A stretch of DNA of 63,096 bases, counting the filler, from Reclinomonas americana ATCC 50394 (lineage: Eukaryota): assembly GCA_048213135.1 (NCBI GenBank). It is 37 parts of 37 records of this genome, joined end to end, with 100 filler letters (N's around TTAATTAATTAA, not from the genome) between each part and the next. Parts side by side here need not be neighbours in the genome. Positions count along the whole stretch, not along the records: positions 12,156 to 13,789 come from AFZH01025368.1; positions 13,890 to 15,520 come from AFZH01025371.1; positions 15,621 to 17,248 come from AFZH01025372.1; positions 17,349 to 18,512 come from AFZH01025375.1; positions 18,613 to 20,235 come from AFZH01025378.1; positions 20,336 to 21,957 come from AFZH01025379.1; positions 22,058 to 23,679 come from AFZH01025380.1; positions 23,780 to 25,403 come from AFZH01025381.1; 29 more parts are not named here. One strand, 5' to 3'. The notes under the pieces are model-generated. The model was not told the DNA's origin and searched no databases. It saw only the letters and a list, made by a program, of their open reading frames with translations. Below are positions 12,156-24,039 of this stretch, in pieces (position 1 is the first letter of the stretch; each line of letters begins with the position of its first letter). The position numbers and the translations under genes were made by a program.

Positions 12156-13755
12156 GAGACCGCCGCCACGACCACAAGGCGACGCGCTCGACGCACCAGT
12201 GCACAGGACCAAGACCAGCAGCAACGTCAGTCAGCACCAGTGCCAGTCGCAGCGCCAGCGCGGACCGAGTACGACATGGATGCGTTGATGCAAATGTTGG
12301 ATGCGCAGGGGGCGCCTGAGCATGACGTCGACCAAGCCGACAATGTCGACGACGACGATGTTGTTGGTGAGGAGGACGAGGAGGAGAATGAGGACGACGA
12401 GGTGACGACGGGTGATGATGGGGACGACGCGTATCCGCGAATTCGACGTGCGCACTATCACAACCTCCGTCGCCTCGGTGGCGGTGGCGACGATGACGAT
12501 GATGACGATGAGGATGTGCAGGGACACGAGGAGGAAGAGGAGGAGGAGGAGGAGGAAGCGCACTTTTATCGACATTCGTCACTTCGCAACGGTGGCCGCG
12601 CGTTTGTGCCAGTGACCACCACCACCACTACCACTACCACTGCCGCCCCTGGAGACGAGTTCCCTGCGTATGCGATTACCCCCGACGATGACGAGGTGGA
12701 TGAGGGAGACGATGATGACGATGACGAGGGGGCCAGTGGAGGTGGCGCCATCTCCCATCTCCACTCGACCGCACAACCGCTTCCCGCCCACCATCACCAC
12801 CACCACCACCACGCATCATCCGTGGCCGCAGCCTCAGCAGCCGCCAATGCGGGAGTGACAACTGGTGGCGGTGCGTCATCCTCATCTTCGTCGGCCTCGC
12901 AACGGCAACATCATCACCATCACCATCCGACGTCGACATCGACCGCGGCACCGGCGGCAGCAGCAGCAGCAGCGGCTGCGGCGGCTGCGGCGGCGGCTGC
13001 GTATCATCATCACCATCACCATCATCACCACTCGCTGCTGTCGACAGCCTCCACGGACTTGGTGATGGTTGGGGGAGGGCGCGCGGGAACTCCCGACTTT
13101 GCGTTTGCGGCGGCGGGAAGGCCGTGTTGACGAGCAGTGGCAGCGGGAGTGGTGCGAGTGCGCGGTACCCGCCACCACCGCCGCCGCCGCCACCGGTGCA
13201 GTTGTTGGATTTGCCGCAGGAGGTCATTGCGCATGCGTTGTCGTTCCTCGACTTGTCGTACTATTGCAACTTGTCGCTGGTGTGCCATCGGTTCCACAAA
13301 ATTCTGGGAGTTGCGTGCGCGTCTCTGTCTCACTCTTTGCTTTCATGATGGGGTGCTAACGCGTGTCGCAGAGTGACAAGTACTGGTCGATGTTCCGCGA
13401 GCTCGACATGAGCACACAGTCGCTGCAGTTCAATCAGACGCAGTTGATGAAGCTGGCCGATCGGTTGACAAAGCTGGAGCGTATCACGGTCGAGTACGGC
13501 AAGCTGAAGGTGGGTGTGGAGGGTGAAGAGAGGAGAGGGCAGTTAGAATGAGAGATGGCGTCTCAACATCATTCACTTCTCCCACAGGACGCGGACTCTT
13601 CATTCCCGTTCCTGTCGTACTTGATGGTGGCGAACCGGAGGCTGAAGGAGTTGCGGGCCATTGGCGACATCACGGTGCCGATGCTGGGTGATTTCCTCGA
13701 CCTCTCCGCCTCCTCCATCCCCAATCTCGAGCAGTTTGTACATAGTGCTGTCAAA
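12156..13755 (+). CDS. F-box protein with long acidic/His/Ala low-complexity N-terminus and probable LRRs, partial
   Basis: LLDLPQEVIAHALSFLDLSYYCNLSLVCHRFHKIL F-box motif; introns 13068-13120, 13310-13371 and 13510-13587 keep frame. Confidence 0.8.
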
Positions 13756-13889
13756 GTGCGATGTGTGGAGGAGAGGTGAGCGGCGCGCANNNNNNNNNNN
13801 NNNNNNNNNNNNNNNNNNNNNNNNNNNNNNNNNTTAATTAATTAANNNNNNNNNNNNNNNNNNNNNNNNNNNNNNNNNNNNNNNNNNNN

Positions 13890-15444
13890 GACGTCGACAC
13901 CACGTTTGAATTCGAATGAAATTCGCGTGCATACCTCTCCGCCTCCTCCGGCGACAACTGCGGCGTGACAGCCGCGAATCGCGGGTACGGCTCGATGCAC
14001 AGTTGATGACGTGCGATCGTCAACTGACGCGAGAGAGAGTTCTGAATTGACTTCAACCGCTTGCGAAGTCGGTCCGCTGCGCAACAACGCACACGGGTCG
14101 CAAACAGGGAAAGGCCACCCTCCTTGCGCTCATGAATGGTGGCGAGCATGGCGTCGGCATTGGTGCCGCCAGCCTTGGCATCGGTGCCACCGGCCTCGCG
14201 ATCGGCATGCGCATCTGCAGCTGTCGGCTGTTGGTCCGGATTCGAGATCTCGGTGCCGGCCGCTGGATGGGTAATGGCTCGTCGAACGTTCCACGCGAGG
14301 ACGATGTCGACAAGTGCAGCACCAAGGGCGAGCACCCGCTCGTCCACTGCAACGCCGCGGAAAAGCTTGCGGCCACCATTCGCGTACCTCTCCAAGAGTC
14401 GCTGACTAGCGGCTCGCAACCGCTCTGTCGACCACACGTCGTCGCGATCGCGATCGGTGTTGATGTTCTTGAGAATGTCAAGGGCGACAAGGAGGACGTC
14501 GAGCACCACCGCCGCTCGACGAAGGAAGGCTTCGTAGGTATACGGAGCGTCCTTCGCAGCGGAATAGTCATCATGCGTTCGGACGCAATTGATACTCGTG
14601 AAGGCGTAGTCGATCAAGTTGCTGCACAAAGCGTCATGCATGATCAGTCAAAGCAAGGAGAAGACAACCATAAATCGCAGCGATGTCTTCAAACACAAAC
14701 CTCAATGGAATAACCAATAAAAAGAGCAATTCGACGTACTCTGCTCTCGGCACTTGGTTCTCCGGGTACTCGTTTGCGCGTCGGCACTGCGAACCGAAGC
14801 GTGGCTTGCCAGTGTCGCAGCAGACCAGCGAGATGATGCTGAGCGGCAATCCTGCATTGCAAGGAGAAGAGAAAAGGAAACCGAACAAACATGAATTCCA
14901 AAAATGGCGAAGCTTTTCCGTTGAAGAAGACCGTTACGAACCAGCTTCGACGAAATGCGGACTCGCTGCAAGGCACTCCAGAAGACCCGACACACGCGGA
15001 TCTGCCTTCTCGCAGCGCTGCCGTTCCTCATTGAGTAGCGCGTCCTGCTCGTGGGCATGCATGATGGCCATGGTTAGTCATATGCATTTTGTGCATCATA
15101 GAAAAAGGTGCATCACTCACCGCTGCGAGCTGGAGGCACAGTTCGTGTCTGTCACCATCGCCAATGTCGGTGGGTGTTGCTTGCTCTTTGAGAGCGATGC
15201 GACTGAAAGAGTTCTCAAGAAGAGCCAACTTCACGAATTTTTGAGGCAGTGTGTTCCTGTCTCGCCCGCAGGCAAGAGCAAGGTGGATAGCGAAGCGGCG
15301 AGGCTTGTCTGTATCTGGATCCGCGGTCGCACCAGGACGCGGGGCGGCTGCAGCGCTTGCACTTGCAGACCCAGAGCCTGCAGGTGCCGCCGCAGCCGCC
15401 TTCGCGATCGTCGTCGATCGTGACCGCGACGGTCGTGTTGCCAT
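13890..15444 (-). CDS. Spliced hypothetical protein with Cys/His cluster, 5' part
   Basis: Manual splicing through four GT-AG introns, including an 18-nt exon, gives ...LVCCDTGKPRFGSQCRRANEYPENQVPRAEHRCDLCNLIDYAFTSINCVRTH... Confidence 0.5.
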
Positions 15445-15621
15445 AAACGCGTAAGTGCGTGTGTTTGTCGTAGGTGTCGTCGGTAGATCCAGAACATGCA
15501 GCCAGCTCTCACTCTCTCTTNNNNNNNNNNNNNNNNNNNNNNNNNNNNNNNNNNNNNNNNNNNNTTAATTAATTAANNNNNNNNNNNNNNNNNNNNNNNN
15601 NNNNNNNNNNNNNNNNNNNNT

Positions 15622-17089
15622 TTCAGTGTCGCCACATTTACTGCGGCGACTATCGCCGCACCGGCCACGGTGGGAACGACAGTCGGCACAGTGTCCGTCA
15701 CCGGCGCCACCGGGCTCACCTTTGCACTGGTCAGCAGCGGCTCCAACAGCAACAGCGTGTTTTCCATCGACTCCAGCACCGGAGTGGTGACACTGGCGTC
15801 GTCTCTTCCTGCGGCCGCGGTTGGCACGAACCTCGAACTCGAGGTGCTTGCCACTCTCGGGGCTGACACCGCAAGGCAACCGTTCACACTGCCAGTGGTG
15901 GTGGCCGCGTCGGGCACGCCCCCATCGAATCTCCAGTTCTCGGTCACCTCAATCCTGGTTCCGCCACCAAGTGGACTGGCCATCAATGCCAGCGTTGGCA
16001 CGGTAACCGCCGATGGCGACACACCGCTGTCGTTCAGTCTCGCCGCGGCCAGTGGCAGCAACGACAATGCGCAATTCAAGTTTGCGAGTGCATCGTCGGG
16101 CGCGGTGTCGCTGGCGGCAGCCATTTCGTGGCCGACTGCACTCACATCTCTGCGACTGGAGGTGGTGGTGTCGAATGGCGCCGGATCGGCATCCAAGGTG
16201 TTCACGCTGATGGTGTCTAATTCGTGCCCGGGCAACTGCAGCAGCCACGGCACGTGTGCGGCAGCGACGGGAGTGTGTACGTGCACTGGCGGATATCTGT
16301 CGTCTGCGTGCGGTGAGTTGGAAAGGGAGAAGAAGGCGATGTGGAGATGGAGTGACTAATTGTCTTCTGTTGTGTCAGCCATTCCTCCTGCGCAAATCAC
16401 ACCGTCGACACTGAATGTGCCGACTGCCGGCTTGTCGTCGGGAGCATCGGTGGGCACAGTGTCTGTCACATCAGGCACTGGATTCACATTCACACTGGCA
16501 GCGGCGAGTGGCAGCAATGACAATGCAGTCTTCACCATAGCGACGCCGAGCACTGGTGCAGTGACACTGGCGTCGGCATTCACGTGGCCACAAGCAGTGA
16601 CGAGTCGCACACTGGAGGTGGTGGTATCAGATGGCACGTACTCGGCGACGCAATCGCTGACCATCACGGTGACCAACGCGTCGGCGTCGGGCACGCCGCC
16701 ATCGAATCTCCAATTCTCGGTCACCTCGATCCTGGTTCCGCCACCAAGTGGACTGGCCATCAATGCCAGTGTCGGCACGGTAACCGCCGATGGCGACACA
16801 CCGCTGTCGTTCAGTCTTGCTGCGGCCAGTGGCAGCAATGACAACGCACAGTTCAAGTTCGCGAGTGCATCGTCGGGCGCGGTGTCGCTGGCGGCAGCCA
16901 TTTCGTGGCCGACTGCACTCACATCTCTGCGACTGGAGGTGGTGGTGTCGAATGGCGCCGGATCGGCGTCCACGGTGTTCACGCTGACGGTGTCTAATTC
17001 GTGCCCGGGCAACTGCAGCAGCCACGGCACGTGTGCGGCAGCGACGGGAGTGTGTACGTGCACTGGAGGATATTTGTCGTCTGCGTGCG
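15622..17089 (+). CDS. Cell-surface protein with cadherin-like domain pairs alternating with EGF-like domains, partial
   Basis: Four roughly 100-aa units (VGTV...FSL...GSNDNAxF...GAVTL...LEVVVS...FTLTV) and two CPGNCSSHGTCAAATGVCTCTGGYLSSAC EGF units; intron 16313-16378. Confidence 0.75.
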
Positions 17090-17099
17090 GTGAGTTGGA

Positions 17100-17195
<96 letters not shown>

Positions 17196-17348
17196 TAGTA
17201 GTAGTAGTAGTAGTAGTACGTACGTACGTACGTACGTCGTACGTACGTNNNNNNNNNNNNNNNNNNNNNNNNNNNNNNNNNNNNNNNNNNNNTTAATTAA
17301 TTAANNNNNNNNNNNNNNNNNNNNNNNNNNNNNNNNNNNNNNNNNNNN

Positions 17349-17506
17349 TAAACGGCGAGTCCGACAGACGTCTGGCCGACGTCGGGCTGACAAATGCCGA
17401 CTCGGGGGCCGCACAAGCCAGAATGCCCTGTTTTCCTCGGCCTGACCTCGGCGGACGTCTGGCCGACTCGCCCCGACCTCTGCTGGACCGGACGGTCAAT
17501 GCTGTG
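17349..17506. mobile_element. Possible right end of a non-autonomous CACTA/EnSpm-like DNA transposon
   Basis: Repeated subterminal motifs GACGTCTGGCCGAC (x2) and GCCGACTCG; ends TGCTGTG|TA, after which composition becomes AT-rich; the other terminus is not in the contig. Confidence 0.35.
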
Positions 17507-17822
17507 TATGGCGAGTTTAAGTTGTTATCAGTGATGTTTCAATTGTTGAAACAAAACACTTCATTCACCATCATAGACACAAGATACTCATTAACGAGTC
17601 ATGAGCAGAGGATCCGGACGACGAGTCGATCGCGATCGCGACGTCCCCCACGGTGTCCCCCACGGTGTCCCCCAATACTTACGTGACTATAAAGATGTGC
17701 TCGCGTCCGTCGCAGTGCAAGCAGTTTCATTACCAGGTAATGCGCGAACTCGAGATCCCCGTCGCTCGTATGCGCAGCGTTTGCTAATCTTTATTCTCCG
17801 TCGCGAGCGCAGGCGCAGCGAT

Positions 17823-18230
17823 ATGGCAGGCAACGCGGGTGGCAGCAAAGATCTTGTTGTTCAAGGCTCAGTGTCCATGGAGGTGGTGTACGCGTCCTTC
17901 GTGGACGAATTTGAGCGAGTGTTCGTCGTTCGCCGCAATGGCACTCTCGCCTGCGATCGTGCTTCCCGCGCAGCTGCCGAGCGGTATATCAACGGCAACA
18001 AGCTGATGATTATGTTGATCACTGGTGTCGACATGCCGGATCTCCGGTTTGACGTTCCTCGAGGGGGAGACATTGCCACCACAAACAACAACAAGATGAA
18101 GTTGCTGCAGTACTACTCGTTTGCCTTCACGGCATATGTGAAGTACTGCCAGACCATTCGTCGCGAAATGAATCGGCGTTTTGTCGCCGACATGCAAGTG
18201 GCTGATGAGGACGAAGACGCCGCTGAATGA
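17823..18230 (+). CDS. Intronless orphan ORF (135 aa; frame open from 17601)
   Basis: Protein-like composition with an acidic tail; no family recognised. Confidence 0.45.
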   Translation: MAGNAGGSKDLVVQGSVSMEVVYASFVDEFERVFVVRRNGTLACDRASRAAAERYINGNKLMIMLITGVDMPDLRFDVPRGGDIATTNNNKMKLLQYYSFAFTAYVKYCQTIRREMNRRFVADMQVADEDEDAAE

Positions 18231-18612
18231 ACACGCAGCGCATGCAGGCGCTGCGCGTTTCATATCTCCGCATCCGCGAGCGACCACGTCGACTTGTTGT
18301 TGGCTGTGCAATTGGCTGCTGCGCCGTGATTGTACATGTACATGTATACGTATACAAGTACACATGTTGACTTGATGAAAGCACTTCTTTCATGATAAAT
18401 TTCACTGGGCACACACACACACGCAACAGATGGCATCCACCAGCAATCGGGGACACTCCGGCTGGGTGTTTTCCGTCGCAATCAGTCCCTACGGCGAACG
18501 CATTAATTTAAANNNNNNNNNNNNNNNNNNNNNNNNNNNNNNNNNNNNNNNNNNNNTTAATTAATTAANNNNNNNNNNNNNNNNNNNNNNNNNNNNNNNN
18601 NNNNNNNNNNNN

Positions 18613-20235
18613 CGTGCACAGACACGTGCCGTCAGTCTTGCACGTTCCGTGGCCAGAGCATGTGGCAGTGGGACTGCAGTTGCAGCTGGCATTGGTGTAG
18701 TCGCCAGTGCACAAGCACGTCCCGTCACTCTGACACGTTCCGTGACCAGAGCACGTGGCGGTGGGACTGCAGTTGCAGCTGGCATTGGTGTAGTCGCCAG
18801 TGCACAGACACGTGCCGTCACTGTTGCATGTTCCGTGACCCGAGCACGTGGCAGTGGGACTGCAGCTGCAGTTGGCATTGGTGTAGTCGCCCGTGCACAG
18901 ACAAGTGCCGTCAGTCTTGCACGTTCCGTGACCAGAGCAGGTGGTGGCCGCCACACAGTTCACATTACACGACGCACCGTAATAATTTGCGTCACACAGA
19001 CACGTATTGTCACTCTTGCACATTCCGTGTCCAGAGCATGTCGTGGCGGGATTGCACGCAGCCACGCAGTGTCCAGAATCACAGTTACCAGAGCAGCAGT
19101 CGCCACCAGTCGAGCAAGGAGCACCAAGTGCGGAACATGCACACTGCGCCGTGCCGCTCGCCTCAAAACACTCCTGCCCCTCGGCACATTGGGCCACGAT
19201 CTGGGTGGTACCGGCAGTGCAGGTCAACACGGCACGATGATTCAGCGAGCACGTCGTGGTACCGTCGGGCAGCGTGCACACGCCGCAGTTGGAGCCGCCG
19301 TAACCGGCAGGGCACGAAATCGGTGCGCCTTGCGCCGCACGACCAATCGCCACCCACGTCACGTACTCAACATCCGATGTGTCGGCGCCACTCGCACTGT
19401 ACGAGATCGCCGTCACATAGTCCTCGTTGCCGACACGCTTGGTGGTGAACTGCAGCGACTGCTTGTCGATACTGTTCCGCACAATCACTGCCGGCGATTT
19501 CCAGCCCCGCATGAACAGCTGCACGCTGATGGTGGCACGGAGCAGGCCGTTGGGGGTCGACGCCGTCACCAAACTGACTGTCTGCGTCGTCGTGCTACTG
19601 GTGTGTGTCGTCTCTGTGCCACACGCAAGGGGTCAGGCACTGAGACACTATGATGCCACTCCAACCAAACGGGAGACGATGAGAACGCACCACCGGACAG
19701 CATGACGAATCCGCTGGTGTTGGTGCTGTCGAGGCGTGTCGGTGCCACAGCAAAGCGCGCAGACACCGCCTCGATGCGCGAGTCGCCGCTCACTGTCCCC
19801 TTGATGACGAAGCTCGAGCGCGAGGCTGAGCTGCTCGTCACCAAGAAATTGTCGCCGCGTACGCGCCCATCATTGCTGGCCGCCGACTGGCGAATTGATT
19901 GTACGCCGATGACGGCCACCGGAGTGGCCGGCACCGACGCAAATTGGTACATGAACGATACACTCAGTAGCTGCGTTCGTCAACGCGGAAGCAAGTCAGT
20001 AATTGAGGACATGAGCAGTGGCGCGACTTCTCTTCGGCAGCACGATACAGCGCAGGCAACGCAACAGTCGAACTGTTCTTGTTCACCGCATCCGTCAACC
20101 ACGCACTGCTAGAGAGCGTGCGCTGACCGTCCATCGAGAGTGCTATCGTCTGATGCACGTAGAACGCCAGGTAGCCTGCATGTGCAGCAAAGTGGAGGGA
20201 AGAAGATGAGTCGCACCTCAATGCCCTCTCATCGC
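18613..20235 (-). CDS. H-type-lectin-like domains followed by a tandem 31-aa EGF-like array, partial
   Basis: YQFASVPATPVAVIGVQSI...GDSRIEAVSARF and ...VEYVTWVAIG beta domains; then CSPTATCSGHGTCxxDGTCLCTGDYTNASCN repeats; GT-AG introns. Confidence 0.75.
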
Positions 20236-20481
20236 NNNNNNNNNNNNNNNNNNNNNNNNNNNNNNNNNNNNNNNNNNNNTTAATTAATTAANNNNNNNNN
20301 NNNNNNNNNNNNNNNNNNNNNNNNNNNNNNNNNNNCACACACACACACACACACATGCACACAAGCACATACACATGCACACGCACACATGCACACACAT
20401 GCACACACGCACACACACACCTGCGACCAGCTCGCACCCCCTTCACATGGCATTACACTGCAGCGCCGGCGAACCGCGGAC

Positions 20482-21488
20482 TCAGGGGAGCACGGAGGCA
20501 TCAACACCCGTAGCTCGCCCAGGACGCACTGGCAACGCCACACCGCCCGCAACCTCCTCATCAGAGAGAAAATCGAAGAACAGGGAGCGGAGAACCTCCG
20601 TCTGCATCACACGCGTGAGTGGAGAGGAGGCGCTGACGATGCAGAAGCACACAGCGCTTGTTGCACGCACATCAAAAGCGGCACTGGCCTGATAGTCCCC
20701 CGCCGTCTCGTACTTGATCTTGAAGGTGACGATGGCCTCCACGCCCGAGCAACGCACGGAGCTGGTCACCGCCGGAGGCTGCGACGCACACCTCTCCAGA
20801 GTGGACTTGGCATGCATGATCGACACGCTGTGGTGAACTCCGTCGGCGTCCTTGGCCATCCACACCCACGTCCTCACGTCGTCGTTGACGCAGCAGACGA
20901 ACAGCCGAGTGACACTGAGCGTCCGATCAGGAGGCACACGCCTGCACGCCAGGTCAGCAAACAGCACAATCACAAACACACTGTGAGCCACCAACGCACT
21001 CGGTGATGTACAAGCGGACCTCCTCCTCGACACAGTGAAACAGCGCCTCTTGCACAAACGCACACCGAAAGTCCTTGCCCGCGATGCACACAACCGCCGT
21101 CTCCTCATCGTTGCATCGAATGATCGCGGTCGACGACCTCTCACGGGCACGAAACGCTCCTTCAACGTGAACAAACGTCGCCGACGAGTGCAGCACGGTG
21201 GCAGTGAGCCGCACAAGCCCAACGCACGGCACCACTCCAATTATGTAAACATCGCCAGCAGAGAACACCAACAACAAACGAAGACCCTGTGAGTGAGTGA
21301 GCGACACGAGGGGAGGATGCAACACCATCACAGCACCCACACACCGCAGCAGTCAGCGCAACGCGACATGCAGACGACGACTCATGAATCGCACGCGTGC
21401 CACTCGCGCACACACTTGCATGCCTCGCAGCTTCCTCCCACGTCGTCTCCTCACGCTCATCGCCATGCTGCGACTCAGACGCGCCCAT
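20482..21488 (-). CDS. Spliced hypothetical protein with possible N-myristoylation start (MGASES)
   Basis: ATG-GGC at 21488; several GT-AG-bounded exons; TGA at 20482-20484. Confidence 0.45.
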
Positions 21489-21572
21489 ACATGCAATGCA
21501 CACACGTCGATATCGAAGGAAGACGGACGGACTAGACGCGAGTTTCGGAGTTGATTGACTTGGATTGTTGCA

Positions 21573-21939
21573 ATGGATGGCGCACTGCTTGTGAGCGACT
21601 CGACCACCGGCGCCTTCACGCGATACGACGCCTCACTGACAGGCTTCCGCGTGGTGCTCTGGCTCGACAAGACAGTTGCGCGCACAGCACACACACAAAG
21701 GCCCTCTTTTCACCAAAAATAGTAATGCCTCTTTTCCCACACACACACAGTGTGACACCGCCCCGGCTCACGTGCTGAGCATGCTCGAGGTGCAACATGT
21801 GAATGCAATGGACTCTGATCCGTCCATGTTCTCGCTGGTGTTCAACAGTGGCCGCGAGGTGCAAATGGACCCGATGAGCACTGCGGATAAGCGACGCTGG
21901 CTCGAGGCGCTCAGTCACTCATTGCCACTCTCACAAGCA
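21573..21939 (+). CDS. PH-domain protein, first two exons (21573-21674, 21751-21939)
   Basis: Spliced MDGALLVSDSTTGAFTRYDASLTGFRVVLWLDKT|CDTAPAHVLSMLEVQHVNAMDSDPSMFSLVFNSGREVQMDPMSTADKRRWLEALS, a PH pattern with the C-terminal helix Trp; first exon is not in the ORF track. Confidence 0.7.
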
Positions 21940-22057
21940 GTTACGAGAGAGAGAGAGNNNNNNNNNNNNNNNNNNNNNNNNNNNNNNNNNNNNNNNNNNN
22001 NTTAATTAATTAANNNNNNNNNNNNNNNNNNNNNNNNNNNNNNNNNNNNNNNNNNNN

Positions 22058-22175
22058 TCCTCCCTTCCCTCCCTTCCCTCCCTTCCCTCCCTTCCCTCCC
22101 TTCCCTCCCTTCCCTCCCTTCCCTCCCTTCCCTCCCTTCCCTCCCTTCCCTCCCTTCCCTCCCTTCCCTCCCTTC
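22058..22175. repeat. 9-bp tandem repeat (CCCTCCCTT)n
   Basis: Direct sequence. Confidence 0.95.
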
Positions 22176-22278
22176 TCCTCCCTCCCTTCCCTCCCTGCCT
22201 TTCTCTCACCTCCCTCCCTTCCCTCCCTCTCCTCCCTCTCTCTCACTCTCTCGTGGCTGACCTGCGTGCGTGGTGCAG

Positions 22279-23679
22279 ACTGGCCATGGTACCGGCGTCA
22301 CAGGCAGTGCCCAAGCAGGTGTTCGACGCGCATACGTTGCCACCGAAGCGACCGCGGAAGCAGAAGCATCTGGATTCCGACTACGTGGAGGATGTTCCCG
22401 GCACAGCGTACGGTGCGACGGTGCCGCGGAGCAGCGGCGAGTGGGACGACGACGAGGACATGTATGTGGATCCCGATGCGTATGACGATCTCGATCCCGA
22501 CGCGTCACCTGTACACGGACGACGTGGCTCCGGAGGTAGTGGTTCCTTTGGCGTGCGTCGTGGTGCGGCAGCTCGTGGTGGTGGCGGCGGCGCGGCGGCA
22601 CGCAGTGCTGGTGGTTTGCGACCTGGCGGGAAGGTGCGTGTGTGTGTGTATTAGTGTTGTTGGAGATGAGCGGCATGCTCACTTAGGTGGAAGCAGGCTG
22701 CACCCACGGACTGGGTCAAGGCAGCGCAGGGGGTGGTCAAGGCGCTGCTGGCCAAGAAGAAGGATGCAATGTTCTTTGAGAAGCCGGTGAATCCGGTGGC
22801 GCTCAACATTCCACACTACGCCGACATGATCAAGCACCCGATGGACCTCGGTACCGTCATGAGCAATTTGAAGGGTCGCCAGTACCGTCATCCAGACGAG
22901 TTCTCGGCCGATGTCAGGCTAGTATGGGACAACTGCATCACCTTCAATGGCCGCGATCACCAAATTTCGCAAGCGGCGTTGCGGCTGGCGGCGCTTTTTG
23001 ATCAGAAAATGCGGGCGCGCGTCTTCACTTCGGTGCCGCCCTACGATCCGAATGCGCCGCTGCCACCACCGCCTGCGCCCAAGGCCGCTCGTCCTGCCCA
23101 CGGACTGGCGTCGGGGTTGCCAATGGCCACGCCGACTGCCATCTCACCGTACGGCGGTGCGGCTGACAGCCAGTCGGCCAGCGAGGTTGCGCGGTTGCAG
23201 CGAGAGCTGGAGACGGCCAAGCGATTGTTGGCGCAAAAGGAGACGCCATTAACGCCGTCGGCTGGCACGCCAGTTGGCACGCCGACGCTGGACGCCAAGC
23301 CGCCAAAGCGGCGTGCTGCCGAGGCGGCGACGGCTGCCAGACGGAAGAAGATGTTGCGTGGTTGGACGGGCGGGCGGGCCGGTGACAGGGCTGATATTTT
23401 GTGTACTGATGTTGTTGTTGTTTGCAGGTCGGAGGGTGATGGAATGGACGAGGATGAGGATGGTGGTATCGATGCGAATGATTTGGATGCGTCGCGGCAA
23501 GGTGCAGCACGAGCTCCTCGAGCTCGGAAGCCGGCACCACTGCAGCGACAACACAGTGCTGGTGGTGGTGTTGGCAGTGCTGCTGGTACACCGACGGGTG
23601 GAGCGGCGCGCAACAAGCAGTACCGAGAGATGGACATGGAGGAGAAGAGGCGGCTGACGAACAGAATCGGCAGACTGCC
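22279..23679 (+). CDS. BET/GTE-type bromodomain + extra-terminal (NET) domain protein, partial
   Basis: FFEKPVNPVALNIPHYADMIKHPMDLGTV...DVRLVWDNCITFN bromodomain; REMDMEEKRRLTNRIGRL start of ET domain; intron 23353-23427. Confidence 0.9.
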
Positions 23680-24039
23680 NNNNNNNNNNNNNNNNNNNNN
23701 NNNNNNNNNNNNNNNNNNNNNNNTTAATTAATTAANNNNNNNNNNNNNNNNNNNNNNNNNNNNNNNNNNNNNNNNNNNNCCTGCCCCTCGCTACCCCCCA
23801 CCCCCCTCCCTTCGCCCTTCCCCTTCCCTTTCCCCTCCCCCTTCCCCTTTCCCCTCCCCCTTCCCCTTCATTCCCTCCCCCTTCCCCTTCATCCCCTCCC
23901 TCCCTCCTCCCACAATTAATAACACCACCCATTGTTGCACTCTTTCCCTCTCGCCGCCCCCCTCCTTCAACAAACCAGCAAACAAAAACCCCCTCCTCCC
24001 GCCCACTTCCCCCTCCACACAACACACATAGACTACATG

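Noticed and set aside
13068..13130. Programmed frameshift or TGA readthrough ahead of the F-box
   Set aside because: A 53-nt GT-AG intron (13068-13120) joins the two frames.
17191..17248. (TAG)n(TACG)n tails after microsatellites (also 8692-8730 and 40820-40869) as telomere or novel satellite
   Set aside because: TACG is the 454 flow order; these occur only at contig ends after dinucleotide runs, consistent with read dephasing.
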